Below are positions 12,985 to 25,649 of a stretch of DNA of 64,000 bases, piece after piece. The notes under the pieces are model-generated. The model was not told the DNA's origin. It searched no databases and saw only the letters and a list, made by a program, of their open reading frames with translations. The stretch lies in NCBI GenBank assembly GCA_951406725.2, contig OX597832.1:52080001-52144000 (forward strand), written 5' to 3'. This DNA comes from Octopus vulgaris (Eukaryota). Numbering within the stretch: position 1 is the stretch's first letter; each line of letters begins with the position of its first letter. Both the position numbers and the translations under genes were made by a program.

Positions 12985-13636
12985 CTTCTGGTTAGTAACA
13001 GAAAGTTAAACAAACGTAATTCCAGAAATGAAAAAAAACGTAAGTACGAAAATCGTAATGTTTTTTATTCATGTTCTTTCGACAAATATGTACAAATGTT
13101 AAAAAATCTTTAAAGAGTTCTTCCGCTACTCTATAGATAAAGAATCTGAAGGATGAAATATTCTCCTAACGTTTAATTCGGAGAATTTTTTTTATATAAT
13201 TCTTGCAATATTGAAATATCAAAATATTAAAAATATTAAAATATCTGAGAAAACGCAGTCCAGAATTCATTTCCCTTGAGGTGTTCATGAAACCCTTTGA
13301 GCATTTAGAAAGTATTCTACCTGGTTTTATGTTCAAACAGGCCAGATCTGACCTCTCCCACCTACCCTACAGTGTCAATTTTTAAATAAACAATCAGTTA
13401 ATTAAAATCTCAAAGCTTGGAGGTAATACATGATTAATGAAAATTAAAGGTAAATAAATAAGCATATTATTTGACAGAATAATTTAAATGCTAAAGGGTT
13501 TACCTCAACAAAATAGAAGGAATATGCATACATACGTTAAGTATGCATGTATATATATATATATATATACCGGAGTAAACACATAAATGTGAAACAAGGT
13601 GGAAAAAAGAGTACTCAAATACCAGTGGTAGAGTAA

Positions 13637-13796
13637 TATGCTTTATTTAAAGCAGCAGAAAATTCAACAAAATCTGTTACTCTGAGTTTCTCGTTGCCGT
13701 TCATCAGACAGTTTTTGCTAGAAAAACTGTCTGATGAACGGCAACGAGAAACTCAGAGTAACAGGTTTTGTTGAATTTTCTGCTGCTTTAAATAAA

Positions 13797-13801
<5 letters not shown>
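13637..13801. repeat. 80-bp-arm palindrome (Penelope-like fold-back)
   Basis: Near-perfect inverted arms 13637-13716 and 13722-13801, loop GCTAG. Confidence 0.95.
13722..13769 (+). ncRNA. Type I hammerhead ribozyme motif (mirror copy on the minus strand at 13669-13716)
   Basis: AAAAACTGT-CTGATGA-A-CG-GCAA-CG-A-GAAA-CTCAGAG-TA-ACAGGTTTT: conserved core, stem I 8/9 paired, GNRA-capped stem II, quasi-palindromic stem III. Confidence 0.65.
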
Positions 13802-13848
<47 letters not shown>

Positions 13849-13865
13849 CGTATATGTATAACGTA

Positions 13866-13901
<36 letters not shown>

Positions 13902-13927
13902 ATTTGAAATTCATTCTGTGTAAATCA

Positions 13928-14322
13928 CTATTTTGCCGTTTCCATTGTTTTATTTAATCCATTTGCGTAATCCTTGGAATTGCTGGCGCGTAGCAGAGCT
14001 TTCAAAAACTGGTCTCGATTTTGGCTAGAATGTAAATGTGAAGAACTTCCATATCCTTGCGGTACTAAAAGGCGGCAAGCTGCTTCGCAATACTTGTGAG
14101 GACACCTATTTTGCGAACAACGACGCTTGCACCAAGGTGTAGCTCCGGGGTTGTTTCGCCATGGTAGCTTCGCTTCGCATTCTGTATTCCTACTTGGCGC
14201 CGTAGTTGTCTTCCAGTTAAATGCATTTCTTCGAGAAATCGAAACATCAGCACATGCATAGAACTGTTCTTGTTTACCACATCCACGGCAACATTTGCCA
14301 CCTTCACAACCCCACGATGTAG
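13928..14322 (-). CDS. AA15-family LPMO gene A, coding exon 3 (end of catalytic domain, Thr linker, 6-Cys module, tail, stop)
   Basis: Not in the ORF track in this frame. Acceptor ttaaatag|CT completes the phase-1 codon (GCT). Reads ATSWGCEGGKCCRGCGKQEQFYACADVSI...KTTTAPS...CEAKLPWRNNPGATPWCKRRCSQNRCPHKYCEAAC...TMETAK then TAG at 13930-13928. Total CDS 942 nt, 313 aa. Confidence 0.92.
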
Positions 14323-14659
14323 CTATTTAAGATAAATTTAATAAAGACATATTAATAAAATTGAAAACGAAATGAAAAGGTATTACAGCAACATTGAAAA
14401 CTTATTCAAAATGGAGAGAGAAAATTCGAAGGATTTCTTTGGTCTAATGGTAGAGCACCTGTCATATTTAAGGAAGTTGTAAGTTCGTATCACACGGGCA
14501 GCCTTCGATTTTTTTTTTTTTTTCGAAAGGGTTTTTTTAAAACTCGCTATTTACATGCTATCATTTATAGCTTAATGTGCTTCGAGATCCAATGTTCCAA
14601 AATTTATCATTTCACGTTTTCTCGAAAGTTTATAAAATTCTTATGACATCACTAACAGC

Positions 14660-14731
<72 letters not shown>

Positions 14732-15017
14732 TATAATATTTTCTATAATTGGCAAAAAGCCTTAAATTTTATGGGAGGAGGCTTTTCGATTACATCGACC
14801 CTAGAATCTGACTGGTACTAATTTTATCAACCCCAAAAGGATGAGAGACAAAGTCGACCTCGGTGGAATTTGAACTTAGAACATAAAGATGGACGAAATG
14901 CCACCAAGCATTTTGTCCGGCGTGCTAACAATTCTGCCATCCCACCACTTTAATAATAATAATAATAACAACAACAACAACGACAACGACGACGATGATG
15001 ATGATGATGATGATGAA

Positions 15018-15620
15018 AAAAGAGACTGACAGCACTATGGTGGCAGCGCAAGAGCAAGCCTTGACCACGAATTGGAAGGTCAGCTTTAGGATTGAGCAAT
15101 TGTCTCCTCTATGCGGCATCTATAATAGAGTGGACCAAAGCATTGTCCATATCACGAACGAATTCCCCAAACCATGACAAGTTGTGGAGACACGATAAGG
15201 TAGCGAAAGTGCTACACTAGAAACTGCGAAAACTGTGGTGCGTGGCGGAGTCGGAGACTTGTAAAATCCTCTGGGACTTCTCAATACAAACAGATCAAGT
15301 GCTAGAGCATAACAGACCGGGTCTAGTGGTGGTCGACAAGATTAACTACATGTTATATAGTTGATGTTGCGTGCCCCTTTGGCCCACGAATCGTCAAGAA
15401 GGAAGGTGAAAAAAAAATAAATATAATTCCCTTTTAAGTACGAAATAGCCCGTCTGTGAAAAATGAAGAAGGCGAAGATGGTGTCAATTATTGTTGGGTC
15501 CTTGGGGATAGTATCAAAAGACATTAAGAGGAATATCAAGGAAATTGGAATAGAGTGCCCGTTACAAAAGGCTTGCCTCCTTGGCACGGCCAGAATAATC
15601 AGGAAAGTATTAGTTAAAAA
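15018..15620 (+). mobile_element. Decayed non-LTR retrotransposon 3' part with restriction-like endonuclease (R4/Dong-like)
   Basis: Frameshifted motifs AAQEQAL, zinc-finger remnant, RHD.VA, ILWDFSIQTD..LEHNRP.LVVVDK, IVDVACP; abuts a (TAA)/(CAA)/(GAT) tract. Confidence 0.75.
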
Positions 15621-16327
15621 GAACAGATAGTATTGTACCGTGGGCTGCAGGCAGCAAGCCCGCTACGCATGCAAGACTCCGAGTGTTTCAGCAGATCCTG
15701 AGATAAAAGGAAATAATTCCTTTATCAACCGTACTAAAATGGGACACAACACAATCGGGTTTTACATCAAATAAAAACAAACAGAAAAGATAATCGAGAA
15801 GGAAAAGTCCCCCATATTGGGTAGCTACATTGGACTAATCAAGAAAAACCACAGATTAAGCTAACCACTAATGGAAGTGCCTACTCGCAGCCGTCATCTG
15901 TCTATATTGAGAGTAAACCTGTCTATTTGGTCTATATTCGCCACTCTGTCAGCGATCTTTCGACACATTTATTTGGAGGCAGCGTATCCCGCTGAGTTTA
16001 AATTCCTCCAAGGTCGACTTTGTGAGTTTCATTTTGAAAGGGGTGGTATGTTGGGTATGTAGTAAATAATCACAATTTTACATCTACGAGAGGCATAATA
16101 ACCTTTTATACAAAAGGCTCAAGGCCAGGATTTTGTGGGGAGGGGGGACAGTCGATCACATCGACCCCAGTACACAACTGTTATTTAATTTATCGACCCC
16201 GAAAGGATGAAGGTAACATCAATCTCGGCGGAATTTTCACTCAGAACGTAGCAGCAGACGAAATCCTGCTAAGTACTTCATCCGGCGTGCTAACGATTCT
16301 ACCTGCTCGCCGCCATACGAGAGACAA

Positions 16328-16401
<74 letters not shown>

Positions 16402-16652
16402 TGATGATGATGATGATGTTGATAATAATCTTTTCTACTTTAGGCACAAGGCCTGAAATTTGGGGGGGGAGTCAGTCGAGTAGATCGTCCCCGGTACGCA
16501 ACTGGTACTTATTTTATCGACCCTGAAAGGATAAAAAGCAAAGTCGACCTCGGCTGAATTTGAAATCAGAACGTAGCGGCAGACGAAAAACCATGTTTTG
16601 GTCAGATCCAGAATTTTAAAATATCTTTTAATAGAACCTATAAATGGCGAAA

Positions 16653-16913
16653 GTGGAGGCGCGTGGCTTAGTGGTTAGGGTGTCAGCATCATGGTCGTAA
16701 GATTATGGTTTCGATTCCTGGACCGGGCGACGCGTTGTGTTCTTGAGCAAAACTTCTTCATTTCACGTTGCTCCAGTCCACTCAGCTTGCAAAAATGAGT
16801 AACGCCGCGACGGACTGGCGTCCCGTCCAGCTGGGGAACACATATGCCATTGAAACCGGGAAACTGGGCCCATGAGCCTGGCTAGGCTTTAAAAGGGAGC
16901 AAAGAAAGAATAC
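16653..16913 (+). mobile_element. SINE family D (tRNA head, V-SINE-like GGACTGGCGTCCCGTCCAG block)
   Basis: A and B boxes; 9-bp TSD ATGGCGAAA at 16644-16652 and 16914-16922. Confidence 0.8.
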
Positions 16914-17345
16914 ATGGCGAAAATATTAGGGGGCAAATAAAACGAAAGCACCAAGGAAAAGTAAGCAGATGAGCTGCAGCAAACTAACAATAATCATTTG
17001 ACATAAGAGGCTTTCAAGAATAAATGAAATATTATTCAAACAATGTTAACACTGAACAAAAAATCACAAACACAGGTTTCCATATATATGGACGCCAAGA
17101 TAGATCGCTAGCTCCTACATGCATTTTTTTCTCTCCTTGTTTCTCTCCTTGTTTTTTTCTGTGTACCTTTCTGTCGAAGAGCGTAGGCTCGAAACGTAAA
17201 AGACTTTTCTATTCCTGAGCGCTATACTAATACATTTGTTTGTTTGTACTCCACCTGCCTTCGTCTTTTGTTTATTTTCGTAAACTTTCCCTTTCCATAT
17301 ATAACTTGGTCGATCTTTGATTGACAATAAGAACTATCATCTTAC

Positions 17346-17721
17346 CTGCATTATATTTCCATCGAAACACGCACTGTGTACAGTAAACGCCTTGTGGTAA
17401 TCGGAGAGTCATGTGAAATAAGCCCGAAATCGATGTCTTTAAAGTATAGCGTCGCTTTCCATCTAATGTCATCACAGGGTTATTGAGCATGCAGTCTTCA
17501 TCTGCCCGTTTTTTAGGGTCGTTCACTGGACAGAGATTAAATTCAAAGTATCCGCCTAAGTGGTTTGTAGTTAATTGTACAGTTACATTTATTAGGTCTC
17601 CTTCTGTGTATCGGGCTGCTATTATCCCGTTAGCATATTTACCGCCTGCTTCGTTTTCACGTGGGCCATCGAGTCGATCGCCACACACCCCACATTTTCC
17701 ATGAAATTTTTCCCACAACGC
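17346..17721 (-). CDS. AA15-family LPMO gene A, coding exon 2
   Basis: Acceptor ttgttccag|GCG. Encodes ALWEKFHGKCGVCGD...GGKYANGII...VQLTTNHLGGYFEFNLCP...LRLPQGVYCTQCVFRWKYNA. Donor G|GTAAG, phase 1, 376 nt; in frame with exon 1. Confidence 0.95.
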
Positions 17722-18829
17722 CTGGAACAAACAAAAAAATAAAAACAGAAGATAAATTGTAATGAGAAACCTTTAAGCAAGGATATCACAAGACCGTTAC
17801 AAAACCATATCACAAAAACAAAATTAAAGTAGTTTCTCTTTCCACCAATGTTCACTGCATATTTTATATGAAAATCTTTCAGATTAAAACTAAGATTTTT
17901 AAAAAGATTTTGATAGTCAATAGTTTTGAAACTTCATTTCATAGTATCATCGCAATTTCATTGAAATATATAATGTTTCTATCGCTTAATGTGCGTCAGA
18001 TGAATAGATATGTAGTGGATCTTGCAAGCATGAAATGGATTCGATCCACCATAGCCAAATTTAAATTAACACTGCAACAGAACTTTTCCCACGGTGGAAC
18101 AATGGTTTTTCTGTGACAGCAGTTTGACATTCGCCAGATTGCCTTTAGTTAGGCCGAAATAATGTCTTCACCACTTGACCCTTTCTAATCTCTTCTACTT
18201 CACCAAAAGCTAGAATTAAGATAACAAGACCACCAACTAAATCTATTGTTCTCAATGATATATCTATCCTTCTGGGTAGTTATAAAAGCAAGAACACCCC
18301 AAGCAAAAATCAGTCGGTGGCGACTCAACGAGTTCTCTCACATGGTGACGACTCAATGACAACGAAGTCTGGCTGACCAGCTAGAACCTTGGTCAGAGGG
18401 AGAAATGAAGTTTACTGTCAGCAACTGTGAGACAACACCTTACAACTCTCACTAGCTCTAATTCTGTTCTCTTACAACATCATTCTATCTCTCTCTGTAA
18501 TTACTATTAAACAATGAAAAGGACACAAACACAAACTTTACTTCGCATGCTTTTGGATTTATCATAACCTGCCCGTCGGGGCAAGGTATTGTAACGTAAC
18601 GGTAAATATTTCCTTAAGGCTTCACATCCTAAAACATGGCATTATAACAATAAATTTTTGTCGTTACAACTGCTAACTTCGACATTTCATATTATTGTGT
18701 ACCTAATCAACCTTACCCGTTACAATTAGTAACTACACTAATTAAAACTTAACCTTTAGAGTTGATGACCCTCAACTTCAATTAAAAACTTTATCGTTAC
18801 AGATACAACAAATAAGCCGGATACATGTG

Positions 18830-19609
<780 letters not shown>

Positions 19610-19709
19610 TATATTAAATTAGAGATAAAACCACTATTAGGTAAATCAAACAGTGAAAATCATAAGCCAATACATAGAAATAAAATTAATTAATAAAATA
19701 TATAAAAAA

Positions 19710-19784
19710 TCGGTTGTCAAGCGATGTTGGGGGGACAAACACACCCACACATACACATACACACACACACACACATACATACAC

Positions 19785-19819
<35 letters not shown>

Positions 19820-19948
19820 TATATACGACGGGCTTCTTTCAGTTTCCGTCTACCAAATCCACTCACAAGGCTTTGGTCGGCCCAAGGCTATAGTAGAAGA
19901 CACATACCCAAGGTGCCACGCATGTGGTTGATAAGCAAGCTACTTACC
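19710..19948 (-). mobile_element. SINE family A, partial, B-box deleted
   Basis: Reverse complement of family A, lacking GTTCCGGGTTCAGTCCCACTG. Confidence 0.85.
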
Positions 19949-19955
19949 ATATCTA

Positions 19956-20024
<69 letters not shown>

Positions 20025-20071
20025 ATTTATATATTTATATATATGTATGTATCTGTATGTGTATAAAAATA

Positions 20072-20213
20072 GGCGCAGGAGTGGCTGTGTGGTAAGTAGC
20101 TTGCTTATCAACCTCATGCGTGGCACCTTGAGCAAGTGTCTTCTACTATAGCCTCGGGCCGACCAAAACCTTGGGAGTGGATTTGGTAGACGGAAACTGA
20201 AAGAAGCCTGTCG

Positions 20214-20305
<92 letters not shown>

Positions 20306-20498
20306 TGTGTGTTTGTTTGTGTGTCTGTGTTTGTCCCCCCAACATCGCTTGACAACCGATGCTGGTGTGTTTATGTCCCCGTCAACTAGCGGTTCGGCAA
20401 GAGAGACCGATAGAATAAGTACTAGGCTTACAAAGAATAAGTCCTGGGGTCGACTAAAGGTGGTACTCCAGCGTGGCCACGGTCAAATGACTGAAACA
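20072..20498 (+). mobile_element. SINE family A, B-box deleted, internal (GT)n
   Basis: Same deletion as the adjacent inverted copy. Confidence 0.88.
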
Positions 20499-20657
20499 AT
20501 TATATATATATATATTGATAAAAATGGTAAGATATATATATATATATATCACCGTTACCGACCAGGCTATCAGATGTTGCAACACATCGCTGGTCACAAT
20601 GCGCTTCGCATTGTTTTAGCCTTCAAATGACGCCACCCCGCTGGCTAAGCGAGCAGG

Positions 20658-20700
<43 letters not shown>

Positions 20701-21192
20701 TGTTGTGTCTTGGGAGAGTCATTTTCTCTTTGTGCCTTATAATTTAACACACTCACCGGTAAATTTTCCACTTATTTCTTATTTTTATTTATTTATAAAA
20801 ATAAAAATAAAAATACTTTTAGGGTTAATAAAGTGATGCACCAGTCACTTACGGGGTCGACGTAATCGATTAACTTCTGGCTCTCAAAAAAATTGCTGAC
20901 CTTGTACTTAAATTCTTTCAGCTACAGGAAAAAGGCCTGAAATTTTGCAAGGAGAGGCTAGTCGATTGCATCGACCCAAGAGCTCGACTGGTACTCATCT
21001 TATCGACCCTCGGAAAAAATGAGAGGTAAAGTTGACTTCAATGGGATTTGAATTCAGAACGTTAAGTCGGATCCATGTACCTAAATTAGAAGCATATATT
21101 AAGGAGCGGTAATGCAATAAAATTGATAAGATCCAGATAAAACCCCTTCCATGTCTTTAGTTACGTGCCTTAATGCCCGCAGAACAAATACC

Positions 21193-21975
21193 TATTTCTT
21201 TTCTACCCACAAGGGGTTAAACATAGAGAGGACAAACAAGGACAGACAAACGGATTAAGTCGATTACATCGACCCCAGTGCGTAACTGGTACTTATTTAA
21301 TCGACCCCGAAAGAATGAAAGGCGAAGTCGACCTCGGCGGAATTTGAACTCACAACGTAACGGCAGACGAAATGCCTATTTCTTTACTACCCACAAGGGG
21401 CTAAACACAGAGGGGACAAACAAGGACAGACAAACGGATTAAGTCGATTATATCGACCCCAGCGCGTAACTGGTACTTATTTAATCGACCCCGAAAGGAT
21501 GAAAGGCAAAGTCGACCTCGGCGGAATTTGAACTCACAACGTAACGGCAGACGAAATGCCTATTTCTTTACTACCCACAAGGGGCTAAACACAGAGGGGA
21601 CAAACAAGGACAGACAAACGGATTAAGTCGATTACATCGACCCCAGTGCGTAACTGGTACTTATTTAATCGACCCCGAAAGGATGAAAGGCAAAGTCGAC
21701 TTCGGCGGAATTTGAACTCACAACGTAACGGCAGACGAAATGCCTATTTCTTTACTACCCACAAGGGGCTAAACACAGAGGGGACAAACAAGGACAGACA
21801 AAGGGATTAAGTCGATTATATCGACCCCAGCGCGTAACTGGTACTTATTTAATCGACCCCGAAAAGATGAAAGGCAAAGTCGACCTCGCCGGAATTTGAA
21901 CCCAGAGCGTAAAGACAGACGAAATACAGCTAAGCATTTCGCCCGGCGTGCTAATGTTTCTGCCAGCTCGCCGCC
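21193..21975 (-). repeat. SINE B tandem array: one head plus four 184-bp bodies
   Basis: Units start at 21193, 21377, 21561 and 21745. Confidence 0.93.
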
Positions 21976-22683
21976 TTCCGCAGAACCAATACCACTGGGT
22001 TCGACTTTTTTTTCTTTCCCGTATCGATAAAATGAATTCCATCAAAATATGGCGATTAATGCCAATATTAAAAATCGCTGTTATTAAGATGGCAGAGCTG
22101 TAGAAACAATATCGCGCTAGGCCGACAGTTTTGCCGTATTTAACTTCAATTCTGAGTTCAAATCCCACCAGAATTGATAGTGGATTTATTTCTCTGACAT
22201 CGATGAAATAAGTTATCGACCTGTTATGTATTGGCATCAGATCTACAATAAACAGCCCAATAAATTTGTGTGCGTGTATGAAATTCTTATGTCTGCTATG
22301 AAATGTAGCCAAGATATAAATTATTTAGTTTAAAATTTCTTCTTGTGTAGGCTATGTACTTTATTCGCAGCGAGTTGATGGAAGAAGCGGTTCTGGTAAA
22401 ATACTAAAGCCCGCTAACGTTTTGACTATTTTTATTATATTTTTGTTAAGTTCTTGGCAAACTGGTTGCTGTCCACTTTGATTCCCAAATGGAGTTTTTC
22501 TATTTTGTCATTAATATTTTAAAAACATTAACATCTATGACCAGCCTTTTTGCCACGTTCTTCAAAATATTAGGTTTTGTGTTTATATGCGGAGTGATAA
22601 TGCATGTATAGACTGAAAAATGAATAAATGCATGGGCATAGACGAATGATACGTGCGAAAATGTGATTATGTATATATATGAA

Positions 22684-23071
22684 CGAGCAAAACGCCCCCC
22701 CCCACGTCCAATGGACGGTGCTGAGTTGTCAAACATTTAAACCAAATTTTCACAAAATAACTTGTCCGACCGTCCCATAGACCTCCCCTTTGAGAAACAC
22801 TGATTTAGCCTAAATTTGAGACATCAGCAAAAGAAGAAATAAAGATAGACTTTTTTTCTATTCAAAGGAAAACGATTTTACAAATGCACGTTCCCACGGC
22901 TTTATCGATCGCATTCTCACTTGGAATCGATTTTTGTAATTTTTTAAAGATTTATACACGCCCTGATACCGTCGGTATCGACATATCAAATTTGAGCGCA
23001 ATTGGATGGAGGATGCCCGAGATCCTAGAAGACACACACACAGACAGACAGAACGGATTTTATATAATAGA
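22684..23071 (-). mobile_element. Non-autonomous Helitron-like element, internally deleted copy
   Basis: Reverse complement of 3980-4581 lacking about 200 bp internally; hairpin CGTCCA-T-TGGACG, CTCG end, A|T target. Confidence 0.7.
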
Positions 23072-23283
23072 TTAGCAAATCGGTATGTACCGGACTATTT
23101 TACATTTCGAGATTTCAATTGTACAATACCTCTGCTGCCCATCCTAAAAACAAAACTGGCAAATGTTATATTAATAAACTATATTTATATTTATGATTTT
23201 ATGAACCATGCATGTTATATAAGAAACGTGTTTGAAAGTATATGTAAATACATTAACCATTATATAGACGTAAATCATAAACT

Positions 23284-23709
23284 GGATCTTTTCGGTTTGA
23301 ACGGCAGCTTTTTCTAGCGGTGTCATATGAAATTGTCACCCATAATTATGACCCTAGTATCGATCTATTGCATTTCAATCTGTTTTAGGGTTAGGGTTAG
23401 TTAGGGTTAGGGGTGGTGGAAGGGTATCTTTTTTTCTTCAGAAATGTAAATAAACCCAATCTGTTTCTTAAACGAGGGACATTTTCATACGGCACAGAAT
23501 GTTTTCACCTCAATAGACGTCAGTGATTGGTTGAAATTGCAGAAATTGAAGAAGAAAAAACAACAAATATCTTACAAACTATAGAATTTTCTTAATAAAG
23601 CCAAGAGAAAAAGATGTTTTATAAACACATTCTACCAGTATACGAAGTTTAAAAGTGTTTAGTTACGTGGAAATTATGTTAAAAACTGCCGTTCAAACCG
23701 AAAAGATCC
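23284..23709 (+). mobile_element. TTAGGG-containing MITE, 8-bp TSD (in LPMO A intron 1)
   Basis: Same TIRs; TSD CATAAACT. Confidence 0.92.
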
Positions 23710-23786
23710 CATAAACTTAATTGTTTAGCAGATCAACAAAAAATATTGCTTGTAAAATTTAAGAAAAGAAAAACTGGAGAACTTAC

Positions 23787-23957
23787 AGAAAAGCCACCGC
23801 AGTAAATTTGATTGTCGTTATAATTAATAGGATTGGGAAAGCCAAAACGCCACATACTAGAGCGGCTGGCGGGATCAACCAATCGGCCATGAGCTGTAAC
23901 ATAATGACTCTGTAACAGAACTAATATTAAGAAGATTAGCGTTTGTACTATTGGCAT
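23787..23957 (-). CDS. AA15-family LPMO gene A, coding exon 1 (22-aa signal peptide, then His1)
   Basis: ATG at 23957. MPIVQTLIFLILVLLQSHYVTA|HGRLVDPASRSSMWRFGFPNPINYNDNQIYCGGFS matches the AA15 N-terminal motif HGRL.DP..RSSMWR.G...P.NY.DN...CGG. Donor TCT|GTAAGT, phase 0, 171 nt. Confidence 0.95.
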
Positions 23958-24009
23958 GTTTCTGCTTCGGTCAGCTAGTGGATTCACAATGCTTTGCTTC
24001 TCGTAGAAA

Positions 24010-24104
24010 ATCCCTTTTTATTTAGATATTAAGAGGTCAAGGTGAACCTTTCATAACGCTGTCTATCGGATTCCAAAACCACAGAAAGGCATAATTGACC
24101 TTTG
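24010..24104 (-). promoter_or_regulatory. Putative proximal promoter of LPMO gene A
   Basis: TATA-like TAAATAAAAAGGG on the minus strand about 60 bp upstream of the ATG. Nuclear-receptor half-sites AGGTCAAGGTGA (24034-24045) and TGACCTTTG (24096-24104). Confidence 0.3.
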
Positions 24105-24487
24105 TGTCATTCTGGTATTATGTGAGTGATGTATTGTAAACGTCTGATATCTATTGAATTTTACATACATTTGATTCAGTACCAGCAGCAATTGTACACA
24201 TTTCTGAGTTGTTATACAAGGAAAGGTTGCTTAACAAATATATATTACGACTGATTCAACATAAAACAGACTAGGGCCGGTTTTTACAAATCATATTAAA
24301 TCTATTCAATCAAGAAATTGTAGTAATATATAATAATAATAAAGATAAAAGAAATAAATACATCAAACAAATCAAACTTTATGAAATACGAACGAAGACA
24401 AGCCCACCGTTAGACGGAATGTAAACAAAGCTATTATTTCAAAATGATTTAAATAAAGTAAATAAAGAAATAATAAAGAAAGTACTT

Positions 24488-24526
<39 letters not shown>

Positions 24527-24720
24527 GCTTTTTAGTGCTATTAGAGGTAACCATAGAACCTAAAACTTATGACAAAAATCATAAAAGTAAAGCTATGTTG
24601 TTAGATAATCAAATAAATGCCAGCGCAAGGAAGTGGAGATAAAAACCCTTACCAACACCAGAATTAAATAATAACGTCGTGAAGAACTAACCAATCCCAG
24701 ACAAACAAATTTTCATCGAC

Positions 24721-24775
<55 letters not shown>

Positions 24776-25649
24776 TCCTCAATGTCAGATTAAAATAAAG
24801 GAGTGAGTTATCAAATATTCAAATATCAACACGAAAATAAAAAGGAAAACTTTGGGGAGCGTACGGGCTGCATAAAAAAAAAAGAATATAATACATGAAG
24901 GGTCTCTATAGAAAATACAGGTAGAAAACTTTTCTGATATGTTTATTGATTTGTTTATTTTAATTATACTTATTTTGAATATGGTAGGGTCAGGCAGAGG
25001 CGGGTGGGGTTGCAGTACCAATGAATTTAGCTGACATTCCGAGAAAAGTGCGCGAACGAAATTTGTTTAGTGGGTGCAAACCCGAGTGCAAAGCTTTTTA
25101 TTCGATTTTTTCAATCTTAATATCAAAACAAACACAGACATAATTATTATTATATTTGTACATCAATCAAACCAGATAAAACCAATAATGGAAAAGTAAT
25201 GTTTCAAATCAATCCAAAAATATTTCTACCTTCGTTCGTTTTGACGATGAACTTTTACAAAAGGTTAGACAAAGCGTTTTCATAACCCCGAAAAAAAAAC
25301 TTAAGGGGTCCGCTTGTTACCCCAGTAGCCGACAACTACAGGGAAAACTTGAACAAGAAGGGAATTCCAGAGAATTGATGTTTGGGGGTAACCGGAATGG
25401 ACAGAGGGGCCTGGGAGCATGAAAGATTACAAGCGACGAGAAAGGTGGCGAAATGGGAAGATCGTTAGGGCACCGGGCAAAATGCTCAGCGGCATTTCTT
25501 CTTGCGTTCTGAGTTCAAATACCACCGAGGTCGACTTCGCCTTTGATCCATTCCGGGTTGATAAAATAAGTACCAGTTAAGTACTGGGGTTGATATAATT
25601 GATTTACTCCTTCCCTAAAACTGCTGTCCTTATGCCAAAATTTGAAGAT

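Noticed and set aside
14065-14307. 80-aa ORF from the track
   Set aside because: Wrong frame; the overlapping frame is LPMO A exon 3.
18112-18600. Possible additional solo LTR (TGTGAC start, TATAAAA, ATTAAA)
   Set aside because: No matching CA end or TSD could be confirmed.
23386-23415. True telomere or chromosome fusion site
   Set aside because: The TTAGGG units are few and always inside the MITE.
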